Of a DNA stretch of 64,000 nt, positions 32,816 to 43,807 are shown piece by piece. This DNA comes from Methanotrichaceae archaeon (GTDB lineage Archaea > Halobacteriota > Methanosarcinia > Methanotrichales > Methanotrichaceae). Position numbers and translations under genes: made by a program. Under the pieces are notes generated by a model. It saw nothing but the letters and a program-made list of their open reading frames with translations. It did not search any database and had not been told where the DNA came from. Each line of letters begins with the position of its first letter. Positions within the stretch are counted from its first letter, which is position 1. The DNA is taken from assembly GCA_963813075.1 (NCBI GenBank), contig CAWEXU010000009.1:15432-79431 (forward strand), read 5' to 3'.

Positions 32816-32981
32816 CCATAATCAATCCTCATTCTGAAGCTATTGCCGCCGTTTATAAATTTTCTCATTTTATATCGAATTGGTGATGATCCAAGCCTGA
32901 GCGCTCACTGGAAAATTTCTTATCCCCTGCCGTCCAGATATAACATCGATGATAGAGAATGTTTTTACCTCTGGCCTCAAG

Positions 32982-34039
32982 ATGCCCCGGAAAATTATAT
33001 TTGCCATCCTAATTCTTTTCATAATATCCGGATCGGCCCTGGCGGCCACCATCACCGTCCAGTCCGGGGAGAGCATCCAGGAGGCCATCGACCAGGCCCG
33101 CACAGGCGACGTGATCGAGGTTATGAGCGGCACCTACCAGGGAACTCTGGATATCAAAAATGAGGTCTCTCTCATGGGCATAGACTCTGGAAAGGGCATG
33201 CCGGTAATCGACGCCGGGTCTATCCTCGGATCGGTGTTCATAACTGCAAACAACAGCCAGATAAGCGGATTTAAAATAGTGAACCCTAATGGAGATGGGA
33301 TTGACGTAATCTCCAGCAACAACACCATCTCCAATAACTCCATAGAGGCTTGCGGAGCTGCAATCTACCTCATGGTCTCAGACGAAAATACGATCGCCAA
33401 TAACAATGCCACCGTCCGCTGCCAGGGGGTGATGGGCCTTCTCTCCAGCGACGGCATAATGCTGGCCCACTCGGATGAGAATATCATCAAGGACAACACC
33501 GCATCCGGCGCATCCATGGGCATATACCTGTACTACTCACATTACAACACCATCCTCAATAACACCGCCCAGAGGAACGATCATGGAATCGCCATCAAGG
33601 GCTCAAAGAATAACACCATCCAGGAGAACTGCGCCTGCAACAGCAAAGAGGAGGGAATCGGCCTTCTCAATGGCTGCACGGGAAATACAGTCACAAAGAA
33701 CAGGGTGTACAAACAACTCCATCGGGATCTACCTGCGGGATTCAAGACAATAATACGATCTATCTGAACGACTTCATTGATAACCTCCAGAATGCCCTGT
33801 CCTCTGGTTCGGAGAACATATGGCATTCTACTGAGGAGATTAGCTACTCATGCGCAAGCAAGGGCTATCACCGGCCTTATTGGGCAACTACTGGTCTGAC
33901 TACAAGGGCACGGACTCAGATGGTGACGGCCTGGGCGACGTCAGCCACAGCTTTGAGTATGACTGCCCAGGATGACCATCCTCTGATGATTCCCAGTGGC
34001 GATCTTATCAAGCCCAAAATAATCCATAAAGGATGGTAA
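32982..34039 (+). CDS. NosD/CASH right-handed beta-helix surface protein with 3' frameshifts
   Basis: SIQEAID..GD.I.V..G.Y, repeated GI.L..S..N.I..N units, GNYWSDY-like and DDHPL tail in shifted frames. Confidence 0.8.
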
Positions 34040-34143
34040 TAGAGTAGTCTGAATAGATGGAAGATGGAGAGACAATTCTGTTTTTTTGAGCTTAAGAGGC
34101 TATACCTCCCTCTTTTCTCAGAGCCGGCCCGGGCGGAAGGTGC

Positions 34144-34680
34144 CTAGAGCAGCAGCTCGTACTTGACCTCGGTTACAGTGCTCCCCCAGATCTCATGAGT
34201 CAGCCTCTCCTTTTGAACAAATCCCACCGATCGATAGAGATTTGCCGCTATGTAAAGGGTATCGACCGTCCAGAGGAATATGGATTTATACCCTGAAATG
34301 CGGCTGAAATCAGTGGCCTCTTCCACCAGCCACCTGCCGATCCCCCGCCCCCGGATCTCCGGCTCCAGGAGAAGCCAGCGGAGCTGGGCCTGCTCCTCGG
34401 AACATTTCACTATGGCCACCGAGCCAACGATCCGGTCACCGTCCTTCAGGATCCAGATGCGCTCCCGCGGGGATGGTGGGATTGAGATTGAGATTGAATT
34501 GGATTGGGATTGGGATTGGGCAAACTCGGCCAGGGGTATAGCCACATAGATATCAAAGGTATAGTCCCAGCCCTGCTCGGGAGCATAAAGAGTGGCGTGC
34601 ATGTAGGTGATATAGCCGATATCCCCCGGGCAAAGGTCGTGGCCAACAGAGATCGATGAATTAGGGAAGGGTTTTCTCAT
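34144..34680 (-). CDS. GNAT acetyltransferase, copy 2
   Basis: AQLRWLLL..IRGRGIG, LYRSVGF. Confidence 0.88.
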   Translation of the reverse strand: MRKPFPNSSISVGHDLCPGDIGYITYMHATLYAPEQGWDYTFDIYVAIPLAEFAQSQSQSNSISISIPPSPRERIWILKDGDRIVGSVAIVKCSEEQAQLRWLLLEPEIRGRGIGRWLVEEATDFSRISGYKSIFLWTVDTLYIAANLYRSVGFVQKERLTHEIWGSTVTEVKYELLL

Positions 34681-34691
34681 TCGCCCTCCGC

Positions 34692-35192
34692 TTAAAGAAC
34701 CAGCCTGTACTTGACCTCGTTCACAATGCTCCCCCACCTCTCATGCCGGACCCTCAATATCGGCTCGAATCCCACCGATCGATAGAGCTTTTCTGCTATG
34801 GGAAGGCTTTCCGCCGTCCAGAGCACAATGGATTCGTACCCCATATCCCGGCAGAACTTGAGGGCATCATCCACCAGCCAGCTGCCTATCCCCCGGCCCC
34901 GGATCCTTGGATTGAGAAGAAGCCAGCGAAGCTGAGCCTCCTTATCTTCGCGCTTGACTATAGCCACCGAGCCAATGATCCGATCATCATCCTCCAGGAT
35001 CCAAATCTTCTCCCGACTGGATTTGGACTGAGCAAACTCGGATAATGGTACTGCCACATAAACCTCAAAGGTGTGGTCCCAGCCCTGCTCAAGAGCATGG
35101 AAGATGCCATGCATGTATATGATATATCCGATATCCCCCGGATGGAGGTCATGCCTCATGCCGATGGATGGATCGGGAAAGGAGTTATTCAT
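34692..35192 (-). CDS. GNAT acetyltransferase, copy 1
   Basis: Same motifs; tandem paralogue. Confidence 0.88.
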   Translation of the reverse strand: MNNSFPDPSIGMRHDLHPGDIGYIIYMHGIFHALEQGWDHTFEVYVAVPLSEFAQSKSSREKIWILEDDDRIIGSVAIVKREDKEAQLRWLLLNPRIRGRGIGSWLVDDALKFCRDMGYESIVLWTAESLPIAEKLYRSVGFEPILRVRHERWGSIVNEVKYRLVL

Positions 35193-35259
35193 TATATCGG
35201 AGGTTAATTCTCAGCTCTGCATAAATAGCTAATTCAAATAACCAATTCAAATCAATTTA

Positions 35260-36430
35260 TCAGATCAAGAGAAACTGACCGGGGGCCAGGCTACAGGCGA
35301 GGGTTACCATGTTGATCTCCTGGTGATCTCCTCCAGGTGGAAGCCTGCTGATTTCTCTCTTCCTGCCAGAATTCTTCGATCTTTTCTCTGAGTGGCAAAA
35401 GCTCAAAAAGAGAATCAAGATAATTGTTCAGCTTGTTCGGAGTGAAGAGGTCCGGCCGCTCCTCTCGGCACCCGACCATCTCTTCGACTGCAGAAAGCCC
35501 AATGGACAGGCCCAGCTCCCGGAAGGCCAGGCGATGGCCGGCGGGCCGGTCCAGGTCCCTCATGCTGGCATATGCCTCCAGGCCAACGAGGGCAGAGCCC
35601 AGCACCCTCTCCAGGAGGCCCCCGTCTATTGCAAATCCCTTCATCATCAGCTGGGCGATTCGCGAGCCATCGAAGAGCAGCCCTCCTATCCCCAGAGGGT
35701 CACTGGTGGGAAGGCTGATCTTTCGACAGATCCCGGCCATTTCCGAGATCTCCTCTTTAAGATCGATGGACGGCGCATCTTGGAAGTCCTTCCCTGCCGC
35801 CTCCAGCTCGCAGTAGGTGACGTAGCCGTCCAGAGGATCATGCTGCCCCATGGATGCGACCAGAGGCCGGGACAGGTCGATGCTCATCTTCCAGTACATC
35901 CTCTCCTTCCCGTATCTGAAGCTGCGGTGAGCAGCCCGTGCCAAATCCATCGCCCACCGCCAGTACGCCGGGTCTCCTGTCACCCGGGATACGCAATTGA
36001 GGGCATGCATCCATTTTGTCAGATAATGGTAGTACTGCCCATCCCGGTCCCATTCCAGGCGATCATCGAAGGGCTCGGCTGGGCCGCGCTCGTTTTGGCT
36101 CTTTCCGATGCGCAGTCCTCCGATGGTGGGATGGCGCTCTCCCTCCTCATCGTCCAGGCCGCTGATCCATCCCTGTCTCGGATCGTCCGGGCGGTGCCGG
36201 CCCAGGGTGTGATGCACCTGCTCTACCAGGCGGAGACCCAGGTTCCGATAAAGCTCATTTTCCGTCTGGCAAAAGAGCTCCAGGTAGCAGCATACGGCGA
36301 ACGCATCCGTCCATAGATACCTCCTGGATTGATTCGCCTGGCCATCCAGGCCGGTCAGGTGGCCGAAGTCCAGCATAATCCTTTCCGCCTTTGCCCGGGC
36401 TTTAATCCTGTCACCATTTCCGGCCATCAT
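35260..36430 (-). CDS. Conserved hypothetical, possible (alpha/alpha)6 glycosidase-like protein (frameshift near 35330)
   Basis: RRYLWTDAFAV, DGQYYHYLTKWMHAL, GQHDPLDG, RLAFRELGL; shifted tail HQEINMVTLACSLAP. Confidence 0.65.
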
Positions 36431-36531
36431 CCTTCGCCCTCCTTCACCGTATTTCGCTATTCGTTGATATCTTTTGAATACGCTAATATTCTTCAGTCTT
36501 CAGTTCGCCCTTGTTCGCTCTTGTTCGCCCT

Positions 36532-38412
36532 TCACTCACCGCCCTCGACCGTCCAGATCCTCCCATAGTTGCTGGGGATGCTGATCTCCCTCCACTCCTC
36601 CGCCTTTGCCCTGAAGCTATCCTCGCCATGAATCTCCTCAAAGTAATCGCCTCCCAGCGGGAAGGGGAAGCTGGCCTTCTGATCGCTATCTGTGAAGTTG
36701 AGAGCCACCAGGCTGAAAGCGTTCCCAGCCCGCCGGGAGAAGAGCAGCAATCCACGGGACTGGTAATTATCCGGATCATCATAAAACCAGTGATCTCCCC
36801 TCAGGAACTGCTCATTCCTTCTTAGCTTCATCAGCCTTCTGGTCAGCCAGATGGTCCTCTTTCCGATGGGATCGTAGAAGTAGTCCCACCTCATGGGCCG
36901 GAACATCACCACCCTCCCCATTCCGCTCTCCGGGACGAAGTAGTTCTCGCACAGCTCCTGCCCCTGCCAGATCAGGGGAATTCCCCTGGCAGTCATGATC
37001 GCTATCAGATAGGGCTGGACTTTGTACCAGAGGCTCCTGTCCCCCTCTTTAAGAAGATCGTTGTCATCCCTGGTGATGGTGCGGAAGTTGCAGACAAAGC
37101 GGTAGTGATCATGGTTCTCGATATACTGCAGGGCGCTCTTCTGAATGGTATCCTCATTGATCTTCACCTCAGCCGGATATCCCAAAAGGCCTAGCCTGTG
37201 GCCAAGATAGGTCAGACGGCCACCTAACTTTCCGGCCTCAGCTTTAGCCACATCCCTGGCGGCATCGAAGGTCTGGTTCTGCCAGGTGCTGCTGCTGTAG
37301 GTCTTCTCCAGCACCTCCACCGGCCCCTCCAGCTGCTCCGCACACTGGATGAGGCGGATCTCATCACCCTGGAAGAACCTCTGCCAGTAGTCCATAGATC
37401 CACTCATTCCTTTGACCAGCTGATAGGTCTGGTAGACCAGATTGGCATAACCCAGCCCTGCGGGGCCGTCCCAGTAGTTGGGAACGCAGTCGTACCTGAA
37501 TCCATCCACGTGATAGGTTTTAAGCCAGTGATGATTAACTGTAAAGAAGAAGTCACGGGTTATGGCCCGGCCAAAGTCGGTGCTCTCTCCATACATATTA
37601 CTGGCGAAGGCCCCCAGAAACGGATTCTCCCCAAAGCCCATCTCCCGGTAGAGGTAAGAATAGGGAAAGAGGCTGTCCGTATGGCCGTAGACCATATCCA
37701 GGATCACCGCGATTCCTTTCCGATGAGCGGTGTCGATCAGTCTCTGCATATCTCTTCTCTTGCCGAACCTCTCGTCCACGCCAAAGTATCCAATGGGGAG
37801 GAATCCCCAATCTGCAGTGTTAGCGATATTGGTTACCGGCATGATCTCGATGCAGTTGACTCCCAGGTCCTGCAGGTATTCCAGGTGGCGGGTGGCGGTC
37901 TTCATATCCCCGCCGAACTCGTTGATCATCAGCTCATAGATGACAAGCTCCTCTTGCCTGGGAGTCCTCCATAGCTCCTCCTCATCGCTCCAGAGATGGG
38001 GCTCATAGCCCAGGGTGAAGGCGGAGAGCTTTCCGATGCCAAACTCCCGGGCATATGGGTCTATGATCCAGTCGATCGGCTCCTTATTCCTCCTTTCCAG
38101 AAAGTAGCGGTAGACATACCTGCCCGGCTTTCCCCAGGCGGATTTCTTATGGGGCTTTCCGGAGGTGTCTATCTCCACCTGGCCATGCCAGTACTCTCCA
38201 TATTTGGGGTCAGTTGAGCATTCCAATTCAAAGAGCTTTGCCGGGATATCCTGCAGGAACTGGTCCTGCTCATGGATTACCTTGACCGAGATGCGATTGC
38301 CATCGTCTTTCGATACCCAGGGAAAGAAGACCCCGAAGTCTGCTATGCCCTCAGGCGTGCAACGAGCCCCCAACTTTTCCAGTGGCATTAGATCCATCGT
38401 CAAACTCTCCAT
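36532..38412 (-). CDS. GH13 alpha-amylase family glycoside hydrolase
   Basis: DPYAR, ILDMVYGH, DGFRYD, AEQ and ENHD catalytic regions. Confidence 0.9.
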   Translation of the reverse strand: MESLTMDLMPLEKLGARCTPEGIADFGVFFPWVSKDDGNRISVKVIHEQDQFLQDIPAKLFELECSTDPKYGEYWHGQVEIDTSGKPHKKSAWGKPGRYVYRYFLERRNKEPIDWIIDPYAREFGIGKLSAFTLGYEPHLWSDEEELWRTPRQEELVIYELMINEFGGDMKTATRHLEYLQDLGVNCIEIMPVTNIANTADWGFLPIGYFGVDERFGKRRDMQRLIDTAHRKGIAVILDMVYGHTDSLFPYSYLYREMGFGENPFLGAFASNMYGESTDFGRAITRDFFFTVNHHWLKTYHVDGFRYDCVPNYWDGPAGLGYANLVYQTYQLVKGMSGSMDYWQRFFQGDEIRLIQCAEQLEGPVEVLEKTYSSSTWQNQTFDAARDVAKAEAGKLGGRLTYLGHRLGLLGYPAEVKINEDTIQKSALQYIENHDHYRFVCNFRTITRDDNDLLKEGDRSLWYKVQPYLIAIMTARGIPLIWQGQELCENYFVPESGMGRVVMFRPMRWDYFYDPIGKRTIWLTRRLMKLRRNEQFLRGDHWFYDDPDNYQSRGLLLFSRRAGNAFSLVALNFTDSDQKASFPFPLGGDYFEEIHGEDSFRAKAEEWREISIPSNYGRIWTVEGGE

Positions 38413-38637
38413 TGAATCGAAGAATGAGCCCCTTTGAACTGCCAGCTAAAAAGCAAACAAGACCTTCTGCAAGAGACTCAAATAGTAAATAGAATTAGGC
38501 AGTTATTCTAGATAAAGATTATGAATAGATAAATATGTGAATAATATGCGAATAATATGCGAACAGGTGAATTTGCATTGAAAACGGATATCGAGGATCA
38601 CAGATATATCCTATAGACGATACAAACCTCTGCACCC

Positions 38638-39216
38638 ATGTACAACATGATAGTCTGCGGCATCTTTCAAAAGGAGATTGAAGCACTGAAAGAAGAGCTG
38701 GGCTTTCCCTTCAGGGCTAGCTACCTGAGCCCCGGACTCCATGTGGACTTCGACGAGCTCAGGCAGGCTCTCGATAAAGAGCTGAAGAGTGCCGATCAAT
38801 CCGGCTCACAGGGCATAATTGTGATTTATGGCCAGTGCCACCCTAAAATAGATGAGGTCCTGAAACCCTACCCTGCCGCTCTCATCAAATGCCAGAACTG
38901 CGTGGATGCCTTGATCACCCGCAAGGCGGTGGAGAACAAGGCTCGTGAGGGTCTTTTCTTCTACCTCTCCCCAGGCTGGCTGGATGCCTGGCGGGATATA
39001 TTCAACCGCCTGGGATGGGATGCGGAGACTGCCCGCATGCAGATGGGCTCATTTAAGGGATCGATCTACATGGATACATTAAAGGATGCTCCAAGGAGAG
39101 AGAACGAGCTCCTGGAGTTCTTCGATTTCACCAACCTTCCCTTTACCATCATGCCCGTGGAGCTGGACCACTTCAAATCGCTGATCATTGAGGCTAAAGA
39201 GAGCTTGGAGGATTGA
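38638..39216 (+). CDS. DUF1638-like protein
   Basis: [25 protein letters not shown]. Confidence 0.75.
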   Translation: MYNMIVCGIFQKEIEALKEELGFPFRASYLSPGLHVDFDELRQALDKELKSADQSGSQGIIVIYGQCHPKIDEVLKPYPAALIKCQNCVDALITRKAVENKAREGLFFYLSPGWLDAWRDIFNRLGWDAETARMQMGSFKGSIYMDTLKDAPRRENELLEFFDFTNLPFTIMPVELDHFKSLIIEAKESLED

Positions 39217-39626
39217 GCTTGGACGAGCTGGAAGAGATTAAGAAAAAGAAAATGGAGAAGATGATGAAAGAGATGAATAAGCCCGATGAACCGGCAATAG
39301 AGCTGCCAGAAAAGCCAGTGGTAGTCACAGATGCAACCGTGGATGCCGCTGCAAGCCAGTATCCCCTTTTCATACTGGATTGCTGGGCGGAATGGTGCGG
39401 CCCCTGCCGCATGATCGGTCCGATAATTGAGCAGCTGGCCGTGGAGATGAAGGGCAAGGTGGTCTTTGGCAAGCTGAATGTGGACGAGAACCCTCAGACG
39501 GCAAATAAGTACAGGATATCAGCCATTCCCACGATGATGGTCTTTAAGGATGGAAAGCTCATTGACAAGCTTGTAGGCGCTTATCCCAAGCCCTCATTGG
39601 TGGCAAAGATTCAAAAGTACCTCTGA
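39213..39626 (+). CDS. trxA: Thioredoxin
   Basis: WCGPC active site, ISAIPT. Confidence 0.95.
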   Translation: MSLDELEEIKKKKMEKMMKEMNKPDEPAIELPEKPVVVTDATVDAAASQYPLFILDCWAEWCGPCRMIGPIIEQLAVEMKGKVVFGKLNVDENPQTANKYRISAIPTMMVFKDGKLIDKLVGAYPKPSLVAKIQKYL

Positions 39627-39739
39627 AGGTCTCCCCTGGGAGGTCTTCTCGGATCTGTTTTTTTAAGACATCAGGGCATCAATAATACAAGATCCGTCAT
39701 ACATGCGCCATCATACATGCCCCGGCATACATGCCGCAT

Positions 39740-40225
39740 TTAAGGGATGCTGTTCGGGAGCATGATAACCGGATATCCGGTGATATTGTAGACCTCTCGA
39801 TTGGAGAGATTATCCGGAGCCTGGTATGCGGATTTAGTTCTCCTGTACTGATTCTGGCTGAAGAGCGGGGTGTAGATATCGGAATTGGCAGTAAATATGG
39901 AGACATCTCCCCGGCGCTGGCTAAGGATGAAGACCGGCTTTGATTCGAGGCCGATATCGATACCGCCCTTAGGGATGCTGGCATTTCCTCCCAATGCCTT
40001 TGAAGCTCTGGCGCTCTCCCATCCGGCGCGCAGAACCCTGCCCGATCTTGTGGCATTCTGAGATGCATTAGCGGGGATGTCTCCCGTAGCATTCAATGTG
40101 ATGTTAGGTGTTATATTGGCAGTGATGTTCTCGCTACTGCCCTGCGCTTCATCTGCATAAGCCAGAGATGCATAAGCCAGGAGGATTACAAGAGCCTTCA
40201 CCAGGCCAAAGACGGTATACTTCAT
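39740..40225 (-). CDS. Secreted hypothetical glycoprotein
   Basis: Signal peptide, clustered N-x-T/S sequons. Confidence 0.65.
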   Translation of the reverse strand: MKYTVFGLVKALVILLAYASLAYADEAQGSSENITANITPNITLNATGDIPANASQNATRSGRVLRAGWESARASKALGGNASIPKGGIDIGLESKPVFILSQRRGDVSIFTANSDIYTPLFSQNQYRRTKSAYQAPDNLSNREVYNITGYPVIMLPNSIP

Positions 40226-40238
40226 AGCTCGCCCCGTT

Positions 40239-41393
40239 CTAACCTCTCAAATGAGTTCTGCCCCTCATTCTCCGGAAGAGGATTATGGCCAGCATTGCCC
40301 CTGCTGCAATACCTGCTGGAAGCCCTGAGCTCTCTATCTCGGGGACGTTCCTGATTACGGGCTTGGCCTCGATGATGTTCTCCTCCAGGTCTATGATGCC
40401 ACCATCCTGCCCGATCAGGGCGGTTTGCAGCTGATAGACCCCTTCCTCAAGGGTGGAGTTCCAGGTGATCTCCACCGTCTCATCGTCCCCGGAGAGAAGA
40501 ACGGGAGTCTTCTTCTCGGTGATATTCAGGACCTCACCCCTTTGAGAGAGAGTGAACCTGAGGGACCCCTCAAAGGGAACCCGGGAGTCGCCCATGACGG
40601 TAGCGCTGGCCCCGGTCTCATCCTGATAGGTCTCAGTTATCTGGGCGTCCTCGACCGCCATAAAGGAGCTCATAAAAGCCCGGGTCTGATTGTGGTTCAG
40701 CTCCACGATCTTGACCCGGCCCTCATATGTCCGGCCGTTCTCCAGAATAGGCTTCCATTCGTAGTCCTTCTGAATGGCCATGGACATGATTCCTGAGATG
40801 GGCACTGCCCTCTCTCGGGTTACATACAACGCTCGATCTCCCTGGACCAGCATGTAATAGATGTCCACAATGGTCGGATCGCTGGCGCTTATCGCCATAT
40901 GAAGGCCGCGGGAGTCGGCACGAAAATCGCGCACATCAAACCTTACCGGCTCAACACCGCCATAATAGAAGCGGTAGCACCTCTGGGACTGGACCGCATC
41001 CTTGACCTCGCCCGCATCATCCCTGCTATCCCTGCTATCTATGCTATCCATGCTATCTATGCTATCCATGCTATCCATGCTATTGTCCTCAGTCCCATCA
41101 CCTCGCAGCGTAGCGCAGGCTGAATAGCTTCCCTTGTCAAGATCGAGCCTGGGCCAGCGCACGACATAGGTGCCCGGGCCATCGACATCCAGTCTTCTGG
41201 TATTCAGAACCTTGTTATCCTGGATCAGATCCATCTGAAGAACCCCTTCACCTCTTCCCGCCAGGGTAACATCGGCGGAGTCAATATTGGAGTAGAGGCT
41301 ATAGATCTCTATGGACTGAGCGTTCACGGCCAGGGCCATCAGTAGGACGAATGCCGCAAGACTTCGGATAGAACAGATAGAGCATATTCTCAT
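40239..41393 (-). CDS. Cell-surface protein with C-terminal TM/basic anchor
   Basis: Signal peptide; tail LPAGIAAGAMLAIILFRRMR. Confidence 0.75.
   Translation of the reverse strand: MRICSICSIRSLAAFVLLMALAVNAQSIEIYSLYSNIDSADVTLAGRGEGVLQMDLIQDNKVLNTRRLDVDGPGTYVVRWPRLDLDKGSYSACATLRGDGTEDNSMDSMDSIDSMDSIDSRDSRDDAGEVKDAVQSQRCYRFYYGGVEPVRFDVRDFRADSRGLHMAISASDPTIVDIYYMLVQGDRALYVTRERAVPISGIMSMAIQKDYEWKPILENGRTYEGRVKIVELNHNQTRAFMSSFMAVEDAQITETYQDETGASATVMGDSRVPFEGSLRFTLSQRGEVLNITEKKTPVLLSGDDETVEITWNSTLEEGVYQLQTALIGQDGGIIDLEENIIEAKPVIRNVPEIESSGLPAGIAAGAMLAIILFRRMRGRTHLRG
41020..41082. repeat. 9-bp coding tandem repeat (S-M/I/R-D x7)
   Basis: atcc/atct-atgct/ctgct units. Confidence 0.85.
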
Positions 41394-41537
41394 GGGACGA
41401 AACCTGCCTCCTAACCTGTCAATTCTGAATGGGTTTAAAACTAACGTATAGAATGCTTTTTCGGAGCAGGGGCCTGAGGGAGGGCAAAGCCCTCAGAAGC
41501 CCTGCCAATGGCATCCAAATGCCTGGCCTCGCAGATA

Positions 41538-43205
41538 TCAGATCGATATCATATGAGTGAACGGCGCGATAATGCTTATGAGCAGGCTGGTCAGGATCAG
41601 CCAGGTGAATATGGCGACCGTAGTCCTGGTGAGCCTCTCCGCCTTCTCGGGCCGGAACACCCTCTCAAAGCCGGTCTGCACCAGATCTCTGAAGATATGA
41701 CCCCCATCCAGGGGACCGGCAGGAAGACAGTTGAAGAGGCCGGCATAAAGGTTGATCCAGCCGATCCAGAGGAGGAGGTTGGCGATCCAGAAGAACCTCT
41801 CACCCAGGGGCTCAGCCCATCCGATCGGCTCGTATACCGAAGTCAGCCAACCGCTGAACCCCGGGAACCCCTTCTGGGTGAATCCGGGAATTCCAGAGAA
41901 GGGCAGGCTGAGCATGTAGGTGAACCCTTCTATGCCATTTTCCGGTATGCTCTTGAGGACCTGGAGGAACTGGCTGGCAGGAGCTTCCTGGAAGACGGCT
42001 CCCCCGGAGAAGATGGCGTCCCCTGAGATACCGATGCCGATGAAGCCTGTGCCCGCTCCGTCAACCTCCTCCGCCGGCACCCCTTCTTCCTGGCCAACTG
42101 CGGTGGTCAGGTTGACCTGATAGCTCTTGCCGTCTCCGGTGGTGATGGTGATCACCTGGCCGGGGCGGGTGAGGTTCATCTGGCTTCTGAAGCCCTCGAC
42201 ATTCACCACCTCCTGGCCATCGATCCGGGATATCACGCTCCCCGCGGGGAGGCCGACATCATCGGCAGGCGAATCGGGAAAGATGGAGGCAACCATGATG
42301 CCCCTTTCCGGCTGGCCAGGGAGAAATAGGGTCTCCTTTTGGCCGTTATTCGTGACCACCATCTCCGCCGTTCCGCTTCCCAGGTTTCGGTAGAGCTCTT
42401 CAATTTTTGCCGCATCTATTCCATTTACCTGCAAGAGAGCCATTCCGTTCTCAAAGCCCGCCTCGTCTGCTCCGGTGCCCTCCCCGACCCCCACTACAAT
42501 CAGCCTGTCCACGGGGGAAATGGAGCCCAGAACCGGTCCGAAGAATAGGGCCATGGCCAGGGCGGCCACCAGGAAGTTGGCGATGACCCCGGCGGAAAGG
42601 ATCCTGATTCGGGCGGCCTTGCTCACCAGGGGCGGCTTGTCCTTTGTGCCGAAGAGATCCTCATCGTCCGGCTCCACAAAAGCAGCTATCGGAGCAACGA
42701 ACAGGGTTACTATACCCATGGACTTGACCCTGACCCCTTCCACCCGGGAGAGGATGCCGTGGGCGAACTCGTGCACCAGCATAGTGACAAATAGAGCGAT
42801 CCAACCCCAGAAAAAGGGTATATACTCGTTAAGGCCGGGGATGAGAAGGATATTTCTCGGCGCATTGTAGCTGCTGGGCTCGGGCGGAGAGAGGATCATC
42901 AAGTAGGTCATGAGCAGTACGAGGATCAAAAAGTAGATCATGCTCAAGACGACCAGCGGTATTCCAATGGAGACGACAACCCTCCAAAACCTCTTGGGGC
43001 GGCTGAGAGTATCAAGCAGCTTCAGCCCTTTAGTTGTCCGCAGGAATATGAGGAGCGGAATTCCGGATAATCCTCCCACGGTCACTCCTCTTTTCCGCCA
43101 TGCTTCGCTATCCCTCAATGGGAGTAATAGAATAGAATACAGGCCTATCAGCGCCGCTGCGATAAGCATCCAATCTGCGAATTCCAGCTGTAAATCGAAG
43201 ATCAA
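41538..43205 (-). CDS. Site-2 protease (M50) with PDZ domains
   Basis: HEFAH, NCLPAGPLDGGH, two PDZ-like inserts. Confidence 0.93.
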   Translation of the reverse strand: MIFDLQLEFADWMLIAAALIGLYSILLLPLRDSEAWRKRGVTVGGLSGIPLLIFLRTTKGLKLLDTLSRPKRFWRVVVSIGIPLVVLSMIYFLILVLLMTYLMILSPPEPSSYNAPRNILLIPGLNEYIPFFWGWIALFVTMLVHEFAHGILSRVEGVRVKSMGIVTLFVAPIAAFVEPDDEDLFGTKDKPPLVSKAARIRILSAGVIANFLVAALAMALFFGPVLGSISPVDRLIVVGVGEGTGADEAGFENGMALLQVNGIDAAKIEELYRNLGSGTAEMVVTNNGQKETLFLPGQPERGIMVASIFPDSPADDVGLPAGSVISRIDGQEVVNVEGFRSQMNLTRPGQVITITTGDGKSYQVNLTTAVGQEEGVPAEEVDGAGTGFIGIGISGDAIFSGGAVFQEAPASQFLQVLKSIPENGIEGFTYMLSLPFSGIPGFTQKGFPGFSGWLTSVYEPIGWAEPLGERFFWIANLLLWIGWINLYAGLFNCLPAGPLDGGHIFRDLVQTGFERVFRPEKAERLTRTTVAIFTWLILTSLLISIIAPFTHMISI

Positions 43206-43262
43206 GACTTCAGCCTCATATGGTCAATCTTACATCTTAATATAAAAGTTGAGAAGTGAGCC

Positions 43263-43805
43263 TTAGAGCAATCCCTGCTCCTTCAGCTCCATCTTGGCCA
43301 GTTCCTCGTGCTTTCTCTCCAGGAAGCTGTAGACATTGCCATGAGGCGCACCATCCAGGAGCATCTCGATAGCCGATCGGGCCACTCTGATCTGCTCGGG
43401 GTAGCCGAGGATGGCTACCGTCTTGCCATAGACTGAGACCTTGGTGCCCGAGAGCCGCTCCATTATCTCCCGCGACCTTCCATCCTTGCCTATGATGCGC
43501 CCTTTCAGCCGTTCCATATCGCTTCTGGTGCCTGCCGTCTTGGATATATCGAGAACATCGAGCATCAGCATCTCGTCATCCAGTATTACCAGCGCCCGCT
43601 CCGGCGAGAAACCTCTGCCAATAGCCTTAACCAGGTCCATGACCCTCAATACCTGCAATGGATCTTCTATGGAATTGACAGAAACCGTACCCGTCTCGCT
43701 GTCTATCTCCAGAGAGGTCTTTGTCTTCTCTTCTATGAATTGCTTCATGGAACCGTTGGGGCCCACCAGCACTCCTATCCGTTCTTCTGGGATCTTTATA
43801 TCCAT
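43263..43805 (-). CDS. KH-domain pre-rRNA processing protein (Dim2/Pno1)
   Basis: KAIGRGFSPE, GRIIGKDG, VYGKTV. Confidence 0.92.
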   Translation of the reverse strand: MDIKIPEERIGVLVGPNGSMKQFIEEKTKTSLEIDSETGTVSVNSIEDPLQVLRVMDLVKAIGRGFSPERALVILDDEMLMLDVLDISKTAGTRSDMERLKGRIIGKDGRSREIMERLSGTKVSVYGKTVAILGYPEQIRVARSAIEMLLDGAPHGNVYSFLERKHEELAKMELKEQGLL

Positions 43806-43807
43806 TG

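Noticed and set aside
38532..38563. aatatgcga 11-nt tandem repeat
   Set aside because: Low-complexity AT-rich duplication; operator role unsupported
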